A DNA stretch of 64,000 bases, taken from a virus. Positions 50,201-59,812 of the stretch are shown here, piece after piece. The notes beneath the pieces are model-generated. The model ran no database searches. It was given only the letters and a program-made list of their open reading frames with translations, and had not been told where the DNA came from. Positions within the stretch are counted from its first letter, which is position 1. Every line of letters begins with the position of its first letter. A program made the position numbers and the translations under genes. The stretch covers positions 64,001-128,000 of IMG/VR virus record IMGVR_UViG_3300032315_001401; one strand, given 5' to 3'.

Positions 50201-53200
50201 AAACTATTTCAGAATAATTTACAACATCTTTATCAGTGGTGCTAATATAACCTGCCTTTTCTAAATTATAGTAAAGTTTTTCTGGAATACCATCAGAATA
50301 ATTTAAAGTAAGAGTAGATATTGTGGATACCCCAATAGTTCCAACACCAATAGTAGAAAGAGAATCTGTAGTTGCTATTGAAACAAATTCCTTTTCAAAA
50401 TTTTGATCATAATAGATCTTAAAATCATATCCAAATAATGATGGGTCTGAAAGGTTGAATACTAAATTATTATTTTTAATAACTTTAATTTGTGGATTAA
50501 CTTTACTAATTTTTTGATATCCAGATCCTGTACTACCTATCGAAACAATGATAGGTGGGGAAATAAAGGAATCATACGAAGTTTCACATAGACTTATTGT
50601 ATTTTCATCAACTTTATAAACAAAATAATTTCCGGTTGTCAAACCTATAGGTAAAGTGCCAAGAGACTCGTATAATATTTTGTCTCCTGTATTTAAATTA
50701 TGAGAATTTAGTAAAATTGAATTTGTTGCGGTATTAATACCAGAAGAATTAAAGGATAATGGATTTATAATTATTTTTTTAGTATTGCTATCTAATTTAA
50801 CATTAATAGATGTTGAAGTTCCAATTCCAACTGATAAATCTGGACTAATTTCTAATGATATTTGATCTCCAACTCTTAATTGATGTGAAGTAGATACTGA
50901 AACAACTGAAGATATTTTATTTACTTTTGCTTTAACTTGTGTTAAATTAGATTCTATTGAATAATGATAGTCATCTGTACCGGATGATAAGAAAAATAGA
51001 CCTCCAGTTGTAGTAAGTCCTACATTCGTCGCTATACCAACATAATCTTTTGATTTATTGATAATATAAAATACTTGAGAATTTGCTCTTAAAATATTAA
51101 ATGATGCTCCTCCAGAAGTATTGGAAACTGATATGGCACTGGCAGAAGATGGTTTTCTTAAAATAACCTGTTGATTAGTTTTAAATGGGTGGTTTGGTAA
51201 AAATATACTTTGTGTTGGAATAAAAGTATTGTATGTTGTAATGCCAATATTATAATTTACAGATATTCCTGATCCTGAGGTTGTACCCACACCAACAGAT
51301 TTTGTTGGGTTGAAATAAATTTTTGAGTTAACTTTAGAATCAAACTGATCTAATGTTTTATTTACTATAAATGAATCTGGAAGAAAATATACTGGAGTTG
51401 TTTGCGTATGAGCAACGCCACTACTAGATCTATCTACTTTTATAATTCCAAAATTTTCATAAACATTCAAGACAGAAAATATTTCATTTTCAATTTGAAT
51501 ACTACTTCCGATTGAAATATTTTTAGGAATAGATGTTAAGTAAATATCGGTAACTATTCCTGTTGATGCATAATTAGGAATATTTTTATCAAGAAATGTG
51601 GTATAGGTTGTAAAACCTACCTTATATGATCCATTTAAATTGGAAACCTGCGTTGATAATCCAGATATATTGATATTATCCCCATTCGTAAAGACGTGAT
51701 ATGGGGAAATATATACTTTTATTGCACTCCCATTTTGCCATTCTACGATAGAATCATTATATGAATCTATGGTTGTATTAATATTGATAATTTCTAATCC
51801 ACTTATTTCAGATACTTCTGCACTAATTCCACCACCGCCACTTCTACTGTCATCAAAAATTAATGCCTCACCGACCGAATAATTACTTCCCGACTTAATA
51901 ATATCAAGTCCAGTTACACTTCCGGCAGATACTGATTCTACTATTGTTTTTTGATTTACTATTTCATTTGATTCGATAATAAAATCATTGTCTGCATATT
52001 GATCATTTACTTTATATGGTAAAGTATTTCTAAGCAACTTAGAGTTATTGAAATCAAAATATTGATTCAAATCAATATTTTCTTCTAAATATGGCGATCT
52101 ATATTCATTTCCAATAAAATATGGAAATTTACCTATAAGTTCTCCATCGCGATTAATTTCTGTTGTCGCAAAGTATGCATAAACACCCTCTGGAAAATCT
52201 TTAGTTTTTCCAAATCTTCCATTATATTGATCTAAATCACCATTTCCAGTATAACGATAATCTTCAATAAAATATCCATATGGAAAATCTATTGTAGATG
52301 GTCTATTCTCAATGGTAGTTAAAGAATATCCAGGTTCTAATTTTTTTATTAATGAGTTTTCATTGTTAGGATCAGAATATCCAAATGATCCATAGATTGG
52401 GTTTCCATCATATGCCCATCCAATTATATCAGAATGCTGCCCTAATGTATCTTTATTGTCTCCTATGTTTGTTTTTACATTTTGAGAATATCCAATGACT
52501 GCATATTCCAAATTATTGTTAGTTTCGATTAATACTTCACTAGATGGATTTCTATAAAATTGATTTTGAATTCCATACTTATATGAATTATTAACTGACA
52601 ATTCCCTTACATTTACTTGAATTACTTCATCTTTTCCTGAAGGAATTGCTTTAACAAATGTATTTGTAAAAGTATATCCATATCCAGGATTAATGACTAC
52701 AACATCTACGATCTTATTATCTAAAATTACAGGTCTAGCAATTGCTCCAATACCATCCCCAGTAATAACTAAATCTGGTGTTGAATAATATTCGGACCCA
52801 CCATATAAAACTTGTATATCTGTTATTTTTCCATTAAAAATTGATGGTCTAAATTGAGCACCTTTACCATTTTTAACAACTACTTGTGGTCTTTTATGGA
52901 CGTTTAATATTGCAGAACCATAATCATATCCTTTATCATAAACATACACATCCGAGATACTTCCCTTAATAATTGGAGTCGCATTAATAGCACCCTTAAC
53001 TTGTGTGCTACCAATTCCAACAGATGTATATTCTACACTTATTTCAATATCTGGATATTTAAATATCTGATATCCACTTCCAGTTGATGAAAAATTTACG
53101 TAGTTTTTTCTTTGATAGTTTGAATTATCAGTTCCACCCACACCAGCATTACAAAGTCTAAACGTATCAGAATTTAATTTTAAAATTTTATACTTGGTAG

Positions 53201-56150
53201 ATGTAGAAAGTCCGGAAATATTAGAAGTTTCATATTCATATTCTACTATATCGCCATCAGAAAACCCATGATTTTTAAATGTAACTGCGTTATCATAAAT
53301 TGATATACCTGCTTGGGATACATTTAATTTTCTATTAGTATAACCTTCACCACCATTGATAACTGAAATGCCAGTTAATCTATTTTTTAGTTCAGTTTTA
53401 AACTTCTGAATTCCGGAATTTCCAATTGTGGTAAAACCTACAGTATTAATTCCCACACTATAATCTGAGTATGATTGATATATTTCAATAGTTTTATCAT
53501 TAATAATTTTTGGATAATATATTGCACCATCTATTAAAGTTTTTGATTGATCTAAGTTAGATCCATTAAATGTTCCTATCCCAATGGCAGAATTGTAGTT
53601 TTTGTCATATATGATAGGTTGCCCATTAATGAGATTGTGTGGCGATATAAAATATATTCTTTCATTACTAGTATCTAATCCACCTCCATTAGAAATTGAT
53701 CTTGCATCAAATTCCAATTCCCTCGCATACTTTTCAATAATTGGTTGAAAACTTGCTCCAGATCCATTTCCACCGGTGATAGCAATGGAAACAATAACAT
53801 CAATATCGAACTCTTGAGGATCTACGAATATTTTCTTTACTGTTCCGACCACTACCGGTTGAATTGATGCAGAACCATAAGATAATTGTAAAAGAGGGGG
53901 ATTGATTACATCAAAATTGCTGCCACCATTAAGAACATTTACATTATCAATTGGTCCATAATAAATTCTATCATTTGTTTTAAAACTGTGTATTTCAACT
54001 CCATTTTTTAGCATCCCAATGGAACCTGGAATTGTTTGATAAGTTTCTTTATCTCCCAATTTGGGATTTAATTTAAATTTCTTAAGTATTTTTTGACCAG
54101 AAATTTTATTTGATCTTTGAGAATATAGTATAAAATTATGCGTACCTGATAAAATACTCGATCCACTTGTTCCAAAACGGACAAAATCACTTGTACCAAC
54201 TACCGGACCACTTAAATATAGTTTAACTTGCCTTTTGTTAGTTAAAACTTCCACATAATAACTTCCTTCTTCCAATCCTGCTATAGGATTGCCATTGTTA
54301 GTGGAATAAAAAATTCTATCTCCAGTTATGAAAGAAACTTCAGTATTAAAATCAATTATTGTATATGAATCAGTTTCATTATCATAACCAGTCAGTTGAA
54401 AAGCATCATATTCAAAAGTATTAACTTGTATTTGATAAGATGGTAAAGAATTAGATGCAACATATAAATTGTCAGGTCTATCAATGTATACATTCTGAAC
54501 ATCTGAAATTAATTTATTATTTCCAAAATCAATAGGAACTATTGAAGATGAACATTTTTTAATTTTTCTTCTAATATCATACTTATCCAATGAATTTAGA
54601 AGAGATGTGTTAACACTGATGGTAACTGTATTGTTAATAATTGAATTAACATTTGCATTTTCAAATCCAGGAACTACTATTTCAGTATTTCTTTTTAATA
54701 CTTCAATTGTATCTCCAGAAGATAAACTAGTTGAATTTATATTAGATTTTGTTGTTAGTGTATTTCCTACAAAAGAATCTATTTCGTACCTAGAACTGGT
54801 ATTATAAATCCATATATTTGCAAATATTTCCTTAACCGTATTGCCGGAATCTATAACTTCTCCAAGATTTTTTGGATAAATTACATCATTATATGATAAC
54901 TCATAATTTTCAGTTTCAATATCAACGTCCGACAATACCCCAGTAATTCTAAATTCTACTTTTTTAGTCGTGTCTCCATTCTCATATCCATAATATGTTT
55001 CATTGGATATTAGTGATGCTGTTTTTGATATTGTTACTGGTGTAGATTTTGTATAGCATCCCAAAAATTGATTTACACTTTTATCAGAATAAACAATTTC
55101 ATTAGATCCAAAGAAAATACTTCCCGTTCTTGCAAAACCAACTGTCGAATCAACACTAATTACAGCAACTCCACTTTGTAAAGGAGTTACATTTACTTCC
55201 TCAACAACTTTAGTATTTGGTGTTATAGTAAATGTGCCGGTAACATTTGGATAAGTATCATCATATCCGACAAAAAAGTTTAATTTATAATATGTTACTC
55301 CGTTTCTAGTAATAGTTTCTACTTCAGAAACCGCAGCACTTGTATAATCATCAGTTGACTTTTTAATTGTTTGACCTACTAACTTGGTAGGATCTCCAGA
55401 AATTTTACTTATTACTGCAACATTTCTTCTAATATAACCAGCATCCGATGGTTTGATTAAGAATTTCTCAAGATTAATTACACTCGGGGTTTCCCCATAC
55501 AATACATTGAATAGTATTCTGAAAGATTCGGGAGTTCCTTTAGATTCATATAAAGTTCTTGCTTCTTTTATAAAATTTCCCACATCAAGATTTTCAGTAA
55601 AATCTAGTCCTTCTAATCCAGGAGTTAGACTAAACTTTATTTTCTTATAAAATTCTTGTAAAAATAAGGAACTTAAATTTTGTACCGAAGATCCTGATGT
55701 GTGTGAAGAAGCAGAAGATTGATTAAAAACTAATTCACCATATTGTAAGTCTTTATGATAATTTGTAACCCCACTGAATCCTCTTACACATCCAGTGAAA
55801 GTATTTCTAGATATAGCAGTGTATGTTATAATCTCATCATCAATTTTTAGAAGTCCATACTTTGCAGGAAAACCTCTAGTGCTAGATACGGAAATATTGG
55901 TAGAAGTTGTTGCAATATTACCTTCAAGAGTCGTATAACCAACAACTACTTCTGGAGTAAGATTATCAAGATTGATGTATTGATCTAAATTTTCAGCAAT
56001 ATCTATAGGACCGCCCTGATACTCTTGAGAGATATAATATTGCTTTAGAAATTCAGCAGCCTTTGGACTTTCATCTAAGATAAACTCCGGAATCTGACTA
56101 TCAATTATTTGTTGTACTTTTACTCTAGATTCAAAACCCGTTTGTATCAT
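44208..56150 (-). CDS. gp7: Baseplate wedge initiator, very large
   Basis: 3980 aa; QIPEFI...FLKQYY, LYESKGTPESFRILF.VLYG, DNDYYQNLSYSVKS..W..IV..LLH.SG; lies between gp6 and gp8. Confidence 0.85.
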   Translation of the reverse strand: MIQTGFESRVKVQQIIDSQIPEFILDESPKAAEFLKQYYISQEYQGGPIDIAENLDQYINLDNLTPEVVVGYTTLEGNIATTSTNISVSSTRGFPAKYGLLKIDDEIITYTAISRNTFTGCVRGFSGVTNYHKDLQYGELVFNQSSASSHTSGSSVQNLSSLFLQEFYKKIKFSLTPGLEGLDFTENLDVGNFIKEARTLYESKGTPESFRILFNVLYGETPSVINLEKFLIKPSDAGYIRRNVAVISKISGDPTKLVGQTIKKSTDDYTSAAVSEVETITRNGVTYYKLNFFVGYDDTYPNVTGTFTITPNTKVVEEVNVTPLQSGVAVISVDSTVGFARTGSIFFGSNEIVYSDKSVNQFLGCYTKSTPVTISKTASLISNETYYGYENGDTTKKVEFRITGVLSDVDIETENYELSYNDVIYPKNLGEVIDSGNTVKEIFANIWIYNTSSRYEIDSFVGNTLTTKSNINSTSLSSGDTIEVLKRNTEIVVPGFENANVNSIINNTVTISVNTSLLNSLDKYDIRRKIKKCSSSIVPIDFGNNKLISDVQNVYIDRPDNLYVASNSLPSYQIQVNTFEYDAFQLTGYDNETDSYTIIDFNTEVSFITGDRIFYSTNNGNPIAGLEEGSYYVEVLTNKRQVKLYLSGPVVGTSDFVRFGTSGSSILSGTHNFILYSQRSNKISGQKILKKFKLNPKLGDKETYQTIPGSIGMLKNGVEIHSFKTNDRIYYGPIDNVNVLNGGSNFDVINPPLLQLSYGSASIQPVVVGTVKKIFVDPQEFDIDVIVSIAITGGNGSGASFQPIIEKYARELEFDARSISNGGGLDTSNERIYFISPHNLINGQPIIYDKNYNSAIGIGTFNGSNLDQSKTLIDGAIYYPKIINDKTIEIYQSYSDYSVGINTVGFTTIGNSGIQKFKTELKNRLTGISVINGGEGYTNRKLNVSQAGISIYDNAVTFKNHGFSDGDIVEYEYETSNISGLSTSTKYKILKLNSDTFRLCNAGVGGTDNSNYQRKNYVNFSSTGSGYQIFKYPDIEISVEYTSVGIGSTQVKGAINATPIIKGSISDVYVYDKGYDYGSAILNVHKRPQVVVKNGKGAQFRPSIFNGKITDIQVLYGGSEYYSTPDLVITGDGIGAIARPVILDNKIVDVVVINPGYGYTFTNTFVKAIPSGKDEVIQVNVRELSVNNSYKYGIQNQFYRNPSSEVLIETNNNLEYAVIGYSQNVKTNIGDNKDTLGQHSDIIGWAYDGNPIYGSFGYSDPNNENSLIKKLEPGYSLTTIENRPSTIDFPYGYFIEDYRYTGNGDLDQYNGRFGKTKDFPEGVYAYFATTEINRDGELIGKFPYFIGNEYRSPYLEENIDLNQYFDFNNSKLLRNTLPYKVNDQYADNDFIIESNEIVNQKTIVESVSAGSVTGLDIIKSGSNYSVGEALIFDDSRSGGGGISAEVSEISGLEIININTTIDSYNDSIVEWQNGSAIKVYISPYHVFTNGDNINISGLSTQVSNLNGSYKVGFTTYTTFLDKNIPNYASTGIVTDIYLTSIPKNISIGSSIQIENEIFSVLNVYENFGIIKVDRSSSGVAHTQTTPVYFLPDSFIVNKTLDQFDSKVNSKIYFNPTKSVGVGTTSGSGISVNYNIGITTYNTFIPTQSIFLPNHPFKTNQQVILRKPSSASAISVSNTSGGASFNILRANSQVFYIINKSKDYVGIATNVGLTTTGGLFFLSSGTDDYHYSIESNLTQVKAKVNKISSVVSVSTSHQLRVGDQISLEISPDLSVGIGTSTSINVKLDSNTKKIIINPLSFNSSGINTATNSILLNSHNLNTGDKILYESLGTLPIGLTTGNYFVYKVDENTISLCETSYDSFISPPIIVSIGSTGSGYQKISKVNPQIKVIKNNNLVFNLSDPSLFGYDFKIYYDQNFEKEFVSIATTDSLSTIGVGTIGVSTISTLTLNYSDGIPEKLYYNLEKAGYISTTDKDVVNYSEIVFENSSYSGDYNIVSVGSTTFTISLKKIPESLRYGREDCDILKYSTTSSSSIGGISKVKLLSGGYSYRSMPIFGGVETETGSGAFIVPISSQIGKINQTRIVNEGFEYSSDKTLRPTASIPKFVYISSSNTIDNINILNGGQNYTSAPNLICIDSNTGEIINSGLLRANLSGSSITSVIIENEPKGLPINPVTIRAINNSNGISIDTIQSSSGIVTCFLTTPIAGFTSAPFSIGDKIFAEGIQKSGSSGDGFNSSDYGYQFFTVTNFQNLNPAKLEFSLSGLTTNPGIAKTIQESYATIINYNYYPQFKVIQKFSPFSIGEKLSSDSGNGFIVRDLTVISCDENFVRVSGNYDLSSGERIRGLESSNEATIDSVKFIDGVYNVNYFNLQKFGWKSETGKLNENFQVTSDNDYYQNLSYSVKSSKTWEEIVTPVNNLLHISGMKNFSDTQIINNVQSGIGTTESTLSLLNVFESDTRVDRINNLDLVVDVDILDSRSKFIKFRNIRLADYILCKTNRVLKIDDISSEFSSENDETSSVSNIVQINSGNNYNRFLVQIQNIYTNEAQFSEIVTINNDQDIFTLSKASLTSLSDQSLLADIEGYADSDSNFYLKFEPQDVNNSDFDIKILQDTFTSKTGVGTTQNVGFIDLISANKIVSSGITTSVFNLNSSKYSSVYSNIQISNGDSSDMNYVEIYLNHDGTNTYISEYYFDDEISETSYGFIGSFGASVSGGILSLNYTNTSSETITIRTKNVGFGTTAIGAGNYRFKLPGQSAGNERTVVFNSNFNNISSGSTSILVLDKFLFTSAKSVVKVGLGQTSALHQIMAINDGNDAYSIQYPFLSIGSTSGIGTFGAEISGNNFIIKFYADPSVSGNLEILSFSESFYTELDAINIPPDLNYSPVQQSVKIARYFGANSSNINKYDFDAEYEGNPIFMKTFDPTNTDILNPVTGVFTIPNHFFSTGEQLIYTPNSTFIGIGTSSMGIGATSNYVGVVTTILPSVVYAIKDTNDSFRISTRKEYANLGIAVTFTSLGLGNAHQLEMYKKNEKSIITINDIVQSPISYSYITHTLSGNGGQIGTASTIFALSGISSITPTDILKIDNEYMKINNVGLGTTNLGPITFNGNISLVGVTRGFLGSIAGVHTDTSIGRIYRGSYNISKNKIFFTEPPRGNSLDLLGPNEFNLPRERASFNGRVFLRQDYTSNQIYDDISDQFTGIGQTFILTSQGINTVGLGTSGGNGIVFINNIFQSPTTLNNSSNNYLISENAGATSITFTGITSSNNTLFKSEYDINQNQLPRGGIIVSFGSTGGLGIAPLVGASVTAIVGAGGTIVSVGLGTMDILGSGYRSPVSVAITETGHIGTGAVITANVGAGGKLSFNVINPGTGYTNPTVNVSSPSYENLPVIGVSRLGIGNTTDTGVGLLLNIEVGASSTATGIGSTLFEVKSFKIVRNGYSFKIGDVFKPVGLVTASGLSSPISEFELTVLDVFTDSFAAWQFGELDYIDSIKNYQDGIRTRFPLYYNSEILSFELDENDPDSQLIDLDSVLIIFINGVLQEPGSSYQFSGGTSFTFSVAPDPEDNISVFFYRGTRNQDTIQINVTETVKIGDTVQIFSNNANIQNTITQDARIIYDVSASDKIETNLYTGQGIDESNNKPLYWTKQKTDLILNGENVYKTRDSLESQVYPTANIIRNFSNSDNQIFVDDSSIFNYENESPINFSATIISKVSDLVPADVTAVVSTSGTISSLIINNPGSGYIGSSVTASISSPPSIGVGIRATANISIVDGSLSTVSITNPGFGYSQSIIPQVLIPSPDPIYENISNIIDVEGYDVSIVGIATTTGIGSPLALKFTLDRDPFLFPDLQVGYPVYISETTVGQGVTSINTSNTDIISISTSFSNNIYQIHAINSTLGIITCNIASNTSIVGIATTGTLKYPVGRLSWGRLSGFTRSINPISIGVSGYTSSVGITSLSYNTGLSTYPIIQRRGYGLRNNGSLKKNL

Positions 56151-56151
56151 A

Positions 56152-58104
56152 TTACGACCTCATTAATTTCCCGTTTGAGTAACTTGAACGATACGAATTT
56201 TTTGTAAAGACGACTCCGGAAATATCTTCCCCAGATGCAATTGTATCCTTTACCATATTTATTTGACTTTTTGAAACATCAAAAGATACATAAAGATCTT
56301 TAAGACCAATGACATCATTTGATTCTGGATATGCTTGTATTTCTATTAAATCATTTCCTAACTCTGTGGATGTAATTGTGATCGTATTTAGAGTTATTTC
56401 TCCATTTGTATAATTTACAACACCAGCAGATTGTACAACTACAAAAGGAGATAATGATGCAGTTGATACTCCTGCCGAGGTTTCAATAGGTTTTACAATT
56501 GAAACGACTCCTGTTACCCCATCTGCATTTGGAGTATCCGTAAGATATACAGTCTCAGATTCATTTAATATTTTAAACCCAGTTGATTTAATATTATAAC
56601 CGTATGAATTCATATGAAATTGATTACCAAAACATATTTCATACTGAGCTGGGCGACCTATAAGTGCTTTTAAATCTCTTCTAATTCTAACTCTGGTGAT
56701 GTTTGATGTAATTGCAGTATCGGTATTATCAATGACTTGAAGAAGTTTACTATATTTAAACCTACCTCCAAATTTATTTAAATCTACAGATTGTGAATAT
56801 TTGTTAAGTGAGTTATTTACTCTTGTTTTTAAATCAGAAACACTTCCAACCTGACTATAATTATAATAAACATAAGATTCAATTTCAACATATAGTATTT
56901 TAAGATCTACTATTTTTGGACGCATACCAGAAACACTATATTGAGATAATTTAGAAAGTATTTGCTCTTTATCAAAATCAGAAACAAATGTTCCATTTTT
57001 TGGTTTAATGCTAATTGAAACAGTCCCATATTCTGGAGGACTTAATTCTTCACCACCAACAACAGAAACAGACTCTGCGTTTCCATAAATTTTTGATTTA
57101 ATAATTGTTTCATAATCACTTGCAGTTACTGCTCTATACTGGGAAGAATATAGACGAGGTGCAAAGTAACGAATTGAATCTATTGTTTCTATATCAGACC
57201 CATTTTGGGCACTTTGATTTGTGGTAATGGTAATTGCATCATTTGTTGCGCGGACAATTCTATCATCTGCATCTCTAAAAGAACCTTCAAAAGTAAATGA
57301 ATTTGCCCCGTTTCCATTTTTACCACTTGTTACAATATAATTTGTAGTAATGACTGTGGAATTTTCAAGTTTTTTGCCAAATATTCCATCACCAAAAAGA
57401 AGTTGATATTTTTCGTCTTGCACTTCTTGGACTAAAAAGATTTCTGAGTTTGAATTAACATCAAAGATATTATCAACTAAAGAATATAAAGAACCAAGAC
57501 CACTATCACTAACACCCTTAATATAGACTCTGATCGTAGAAGTATCAATAAATGGATTTTCAAGAACAAACTTTTGATCTAGTGATGCATTAACAGTAAA
57601 CTTTTTAGTTAAGAAAGTTCCTTCTCTGATTGTAATATTGCTAAATGTTGCAATCCCATTTACAACAGGGACGGTAATATTTTCTGGAATTGAAAAGACA
57701 TAGGACGATCCTTTTACAAGACCGGTGCATACAAGTCCTGCTTGTAAAGTAACTGAAGATGTATATACAGGTGTGCCGTCCTGTAATATTTGATCTGGAT
57801 CTACTGATATGCTAAATGAAACTATTGCATTTGCAGCATTTCTGGAGTATGGAACATAACCAATATTTCTTGCCAGAGAGACAACGTTTTCTCTTACAGT
57901 TGCAGAATCCAAGAAGGATTCATTGACAACCATATTTGAATTGAATGCGGTGATATAAGTATTATATGCTAATGTGTCGATTAAAACAGAAAAATTCGAC
58001 CCTTCAAAATCAAAGTCCGTAAATGTGGAGTTAGCACGGAGATAATCTTTGATTGAAGTTTTTATCTGATCGAAATCTAGATTTGTAAATTGAGTAAAAG
58101 GCAT
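56152..58104 (-). CDS. gp6: Baseplate wedge subunit
   Basis: LDFDQIKTSIKDYL...FTDFDFEGSN, ESFLDSAT.RENVVSLARNIGY, QYRAVTASDYE. Confidence 0.96.
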   Translation of the reverse strand: MPFTQFTNLDFDQIKTSIKDYLRANSTFTDFDFEGSNFSVLIDTLAYNTYITAFNSNMVVNESFLDSATVRENVVSLARNIGYVPYSRNAANAIVSFSISVDPDQILQDGTPVYTSSVTLQAGLVCTGLVKGSSYVFSIPENITVPVVNGIATFSNITIREGTFLTKKFTVNASLDQKFVLENPFIDTSTIRVYIKGVSDSGLGSLYSLVDNIFDVNSNSEIFLVQEVQDEKYQLLFGDGIFGKKLENSTVITTNYIVTSGKNGNGANSFTFEGSFRDADDRIVRATNDAITITTNQSAQNGSDIETIDSIRYFAPRLYSSQYRAVTASDYETIIKSKIYGNAESVSVVGGEELSPPEYGTVSISIKPKNGTFVSDFDKEQILSKLSQYSVSGMRPKIVDLKILYVEIESYVYYNYSQVGSVSDLKTRVNNSLNKYSQSVDLNKFGGRFKYSKLLQVIDNTDTAITSNITRVRIRRDLKALIGRPAQYEICFGNQFHMNSYGYNIKSTGFKILNESETVYLTDTPNADGVTGVVSIVKPIETSAGVSTASLSPFVVVQSAGVVNYTNGEITLNTITITSTELGNDLIEIQAYPESNDVIGLKDLYVSFDVSKSQINMVKDTIASGEDISGVVFTKNSYRSSYSNGKLMRS

Positions 58105-58105
58105 T

Positions 58106-58507
58106 TTATCTGGTTGCCTCTAATATAAATGAAAATTGTTGTGTTGGAACTTCTTGTCCGATAATATTAAAAATTACAGTCACTTCAAACTCATTTGTAT
58201 CCGGACTTGGATTGACTTCAACATCTACATTATCAACTCTAGGTTCATAGTTAGAAATTGTATTAATAATTTGCTCTCTGATTACAGATGCGGTTGCAAA
58301 ATCAACAAACTCAAACAAACTGGAGCGGACATCAGATCCCAAACTTGGATTGAAAAATCTTTCGTTTGGGATTGTTTCTACAAGATTACGAATTGATCGT
58401 ATAATTGCATTTTGATTTTTCAAAATTGGCAGATCTTTTGTCACAGGATGTGGATCAAAAGACAGGCTAATATCCTTAAATGATCTAGATATTCGTGTAA
58501 CTGCCAT
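58106..58507 (-). CDS. gp25: Baseplate wedge subunit (gp25 family)
   Basis: FKDISLSF..HPVTKD...AIIRSIRNLV.T...ERFFNP.LGS...I.NYEPRV; CATAAATA at 58529-58536. Confidence 0.93.
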   Translation of the reverse strand: MAVTRISRSFKDISLSFDPHPVTKDLPILKNQNAIIRSIRNLVETIPNERFFNPSLGSDVRSSLFEFVDFATASVIREQIINTISNYEPRVDNVDVEVNPSPDTNEFEVTVIFNIIGQEVPTQQFSFILEATR

Positions 58508-58537
58508 TGGATATGAAATTTCTTGGATTATTTATGT

Positions 58538-58780
58538 TTATTTCCAAGAAGAACCATATCCAGGTTCAGTTCCATATTCCCAATCATCATAGTCCGCATC
58601 ATTACGAATTTTTTCGTGTAACTCTTGTTGCTTTTTTAAGTCATGCTTAGGTGCCAAATCGTGCATAACCTCTTGAATGACTCTTTTTGATGGTACATTT
58701 TCATAATCTGTAATCAGGTGAGTAGTTCCCCACATTTCTCTCATATAATTCGAATCTCTATCTACTGGTAAGTTTGACAT
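58538..58780 (-). CDS. Conserved hypothetical protein
   Basis: 80 aa, MREMWGTTHLITDY; fills the gap between speD and gp25. Confidence 0.65.
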   Translation of the reverse strand: MSNLPVDRDSNYMREMWGTTHLITDYENVPSKRVIQEVMHDLAPKHDLKKQQELHEKIRNDADYDDWEYGTEPGYGSSWK

Positions 58781-58847
58781 TTTGCTCCTGTTTTAAATGA
58801 ATAAAACAGAACTTTTATGAAGGAGGTTGCTATCTCCTTATTTCTAT

Positions 58848-59189
58848 TTAACGATCCACTTCTCTCAATGAATAATTATCCGAATCTAGGTATTTAAGCA
58901 TTTCTAAAGCAACTAATTTGGGATTTCCTTCACCGCAAGTATAAACATCAATTGCAATACACCCCTCTTCTGGCCAAGTATGGCAAGATACATGACTTTC
59001 CGCAAGGGCAATAACTATTGTGCAACCTTGAGGTAAAAAACAATGTGAAAATATATTCAGAATTGTCATTTTGGCACGTTCGATGCCCCTGATCATGACG
59101 TTCTGTAGAGATTCTACATCATTGATTAGGTGAAAATCGACATTATACACCTCTAAGAGTAGGTGTTTGCCCATCGAAAATCTTTCCAA
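58848..59189 (-). CDS. speD: S-adenosylmethionine decarboxylase proenzyme (class 1B)
   Basis: GKHLLLEVY, FLPQGCT...LAE|SHVSCHTWPE, DVYTCG; AATAAATA late-like box at 59210-59217. Confidence 0.93.
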   Translation of the reverse strand: MERFSMGKHLLLEVYNVDFHLINDVESLQNVMIRGIERAKMTILNIFSHCFLPQGCTIVIALAESHVSCHTWPEEGCIAIDVYTCGEGNPKLVALEMLKYLDSDNYSLREVDR

Positions 59190-59212
59190 TTCGGTTTGTG
59201 CAAAAAATATAT

Positions 59213-59812
59213 TTATTTTATTAAAAATCCCTTTCTTTTATCACCAATATCAACAATAAATTCATAATCTTCATAAATTTCAGGTATATCTTCGTTCCAA
59301 ACTGGTATTGCAACAGTGTTATTATACCTAAAATTAGGATTTCTACGAAATTGAACCTCAATGAGATGCCCATCTATGAATTCACAATTAATCCACTCAT
59401 AATTTTTCTTTAAATTTTTTAAAATATCAGGAAATTCGACTTTTTTGTCAATTTTTTCCCATTTTGACCACTTATAAATGGGATTTTTTTCATCACGAGT
59501 GCCCAATATTACTAATTCTTGCTTCTCATGATGAAAATCGACACTTAAATGCTCACCTTTAAAAACTTCACACCAAAATTCTGATGGGTGAAAGTCATCT
59601 GTAGTTTTTTCTATCCATTCTATACGAGCAAAACGGCTCATTCCAAGTAAATTGAAGGATGGTCGAACAATATAAAAGTCGGGTTTAGGTACTGTAGTTC
59701 CAGAAGGACCACAAGTATAACCTAAACGCCGACTTATGAATAGTTTATTATAAACCCAAAGATCTTCCGAATGTATATGATTCCATTCATCATCACATTC
59801 TAGAAAATACAT
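59213..59812 (-). CDS. Hypothetical protein, possible ATP-grasp fold
   Basis: YIVRPSFNLLGM...FWCEVFKGEHLSVDF...INCEFIDGHLIEVQFR resembles ATP-grasp motif spacing. Confidence 0.5.
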   Translation of the reverse strand: MYFLECDDEWNHIHSEDLWVYNKLFISRRLGYTCGPSGTTVPKPDFYIVRPSFNLLGMSRFARIEWIEKTTDDFHPSEFWCEVFKGEHLSVDFHHEKQELVILGTRDEKNPIYKWSKWEKIDKKVEFPDILKNLKKNYEWINCEFIDGHLIEVQFRRNPNFRYNNTVAIPVWNEDIPEIYEDYEFIVDIGDKRKGFLIK

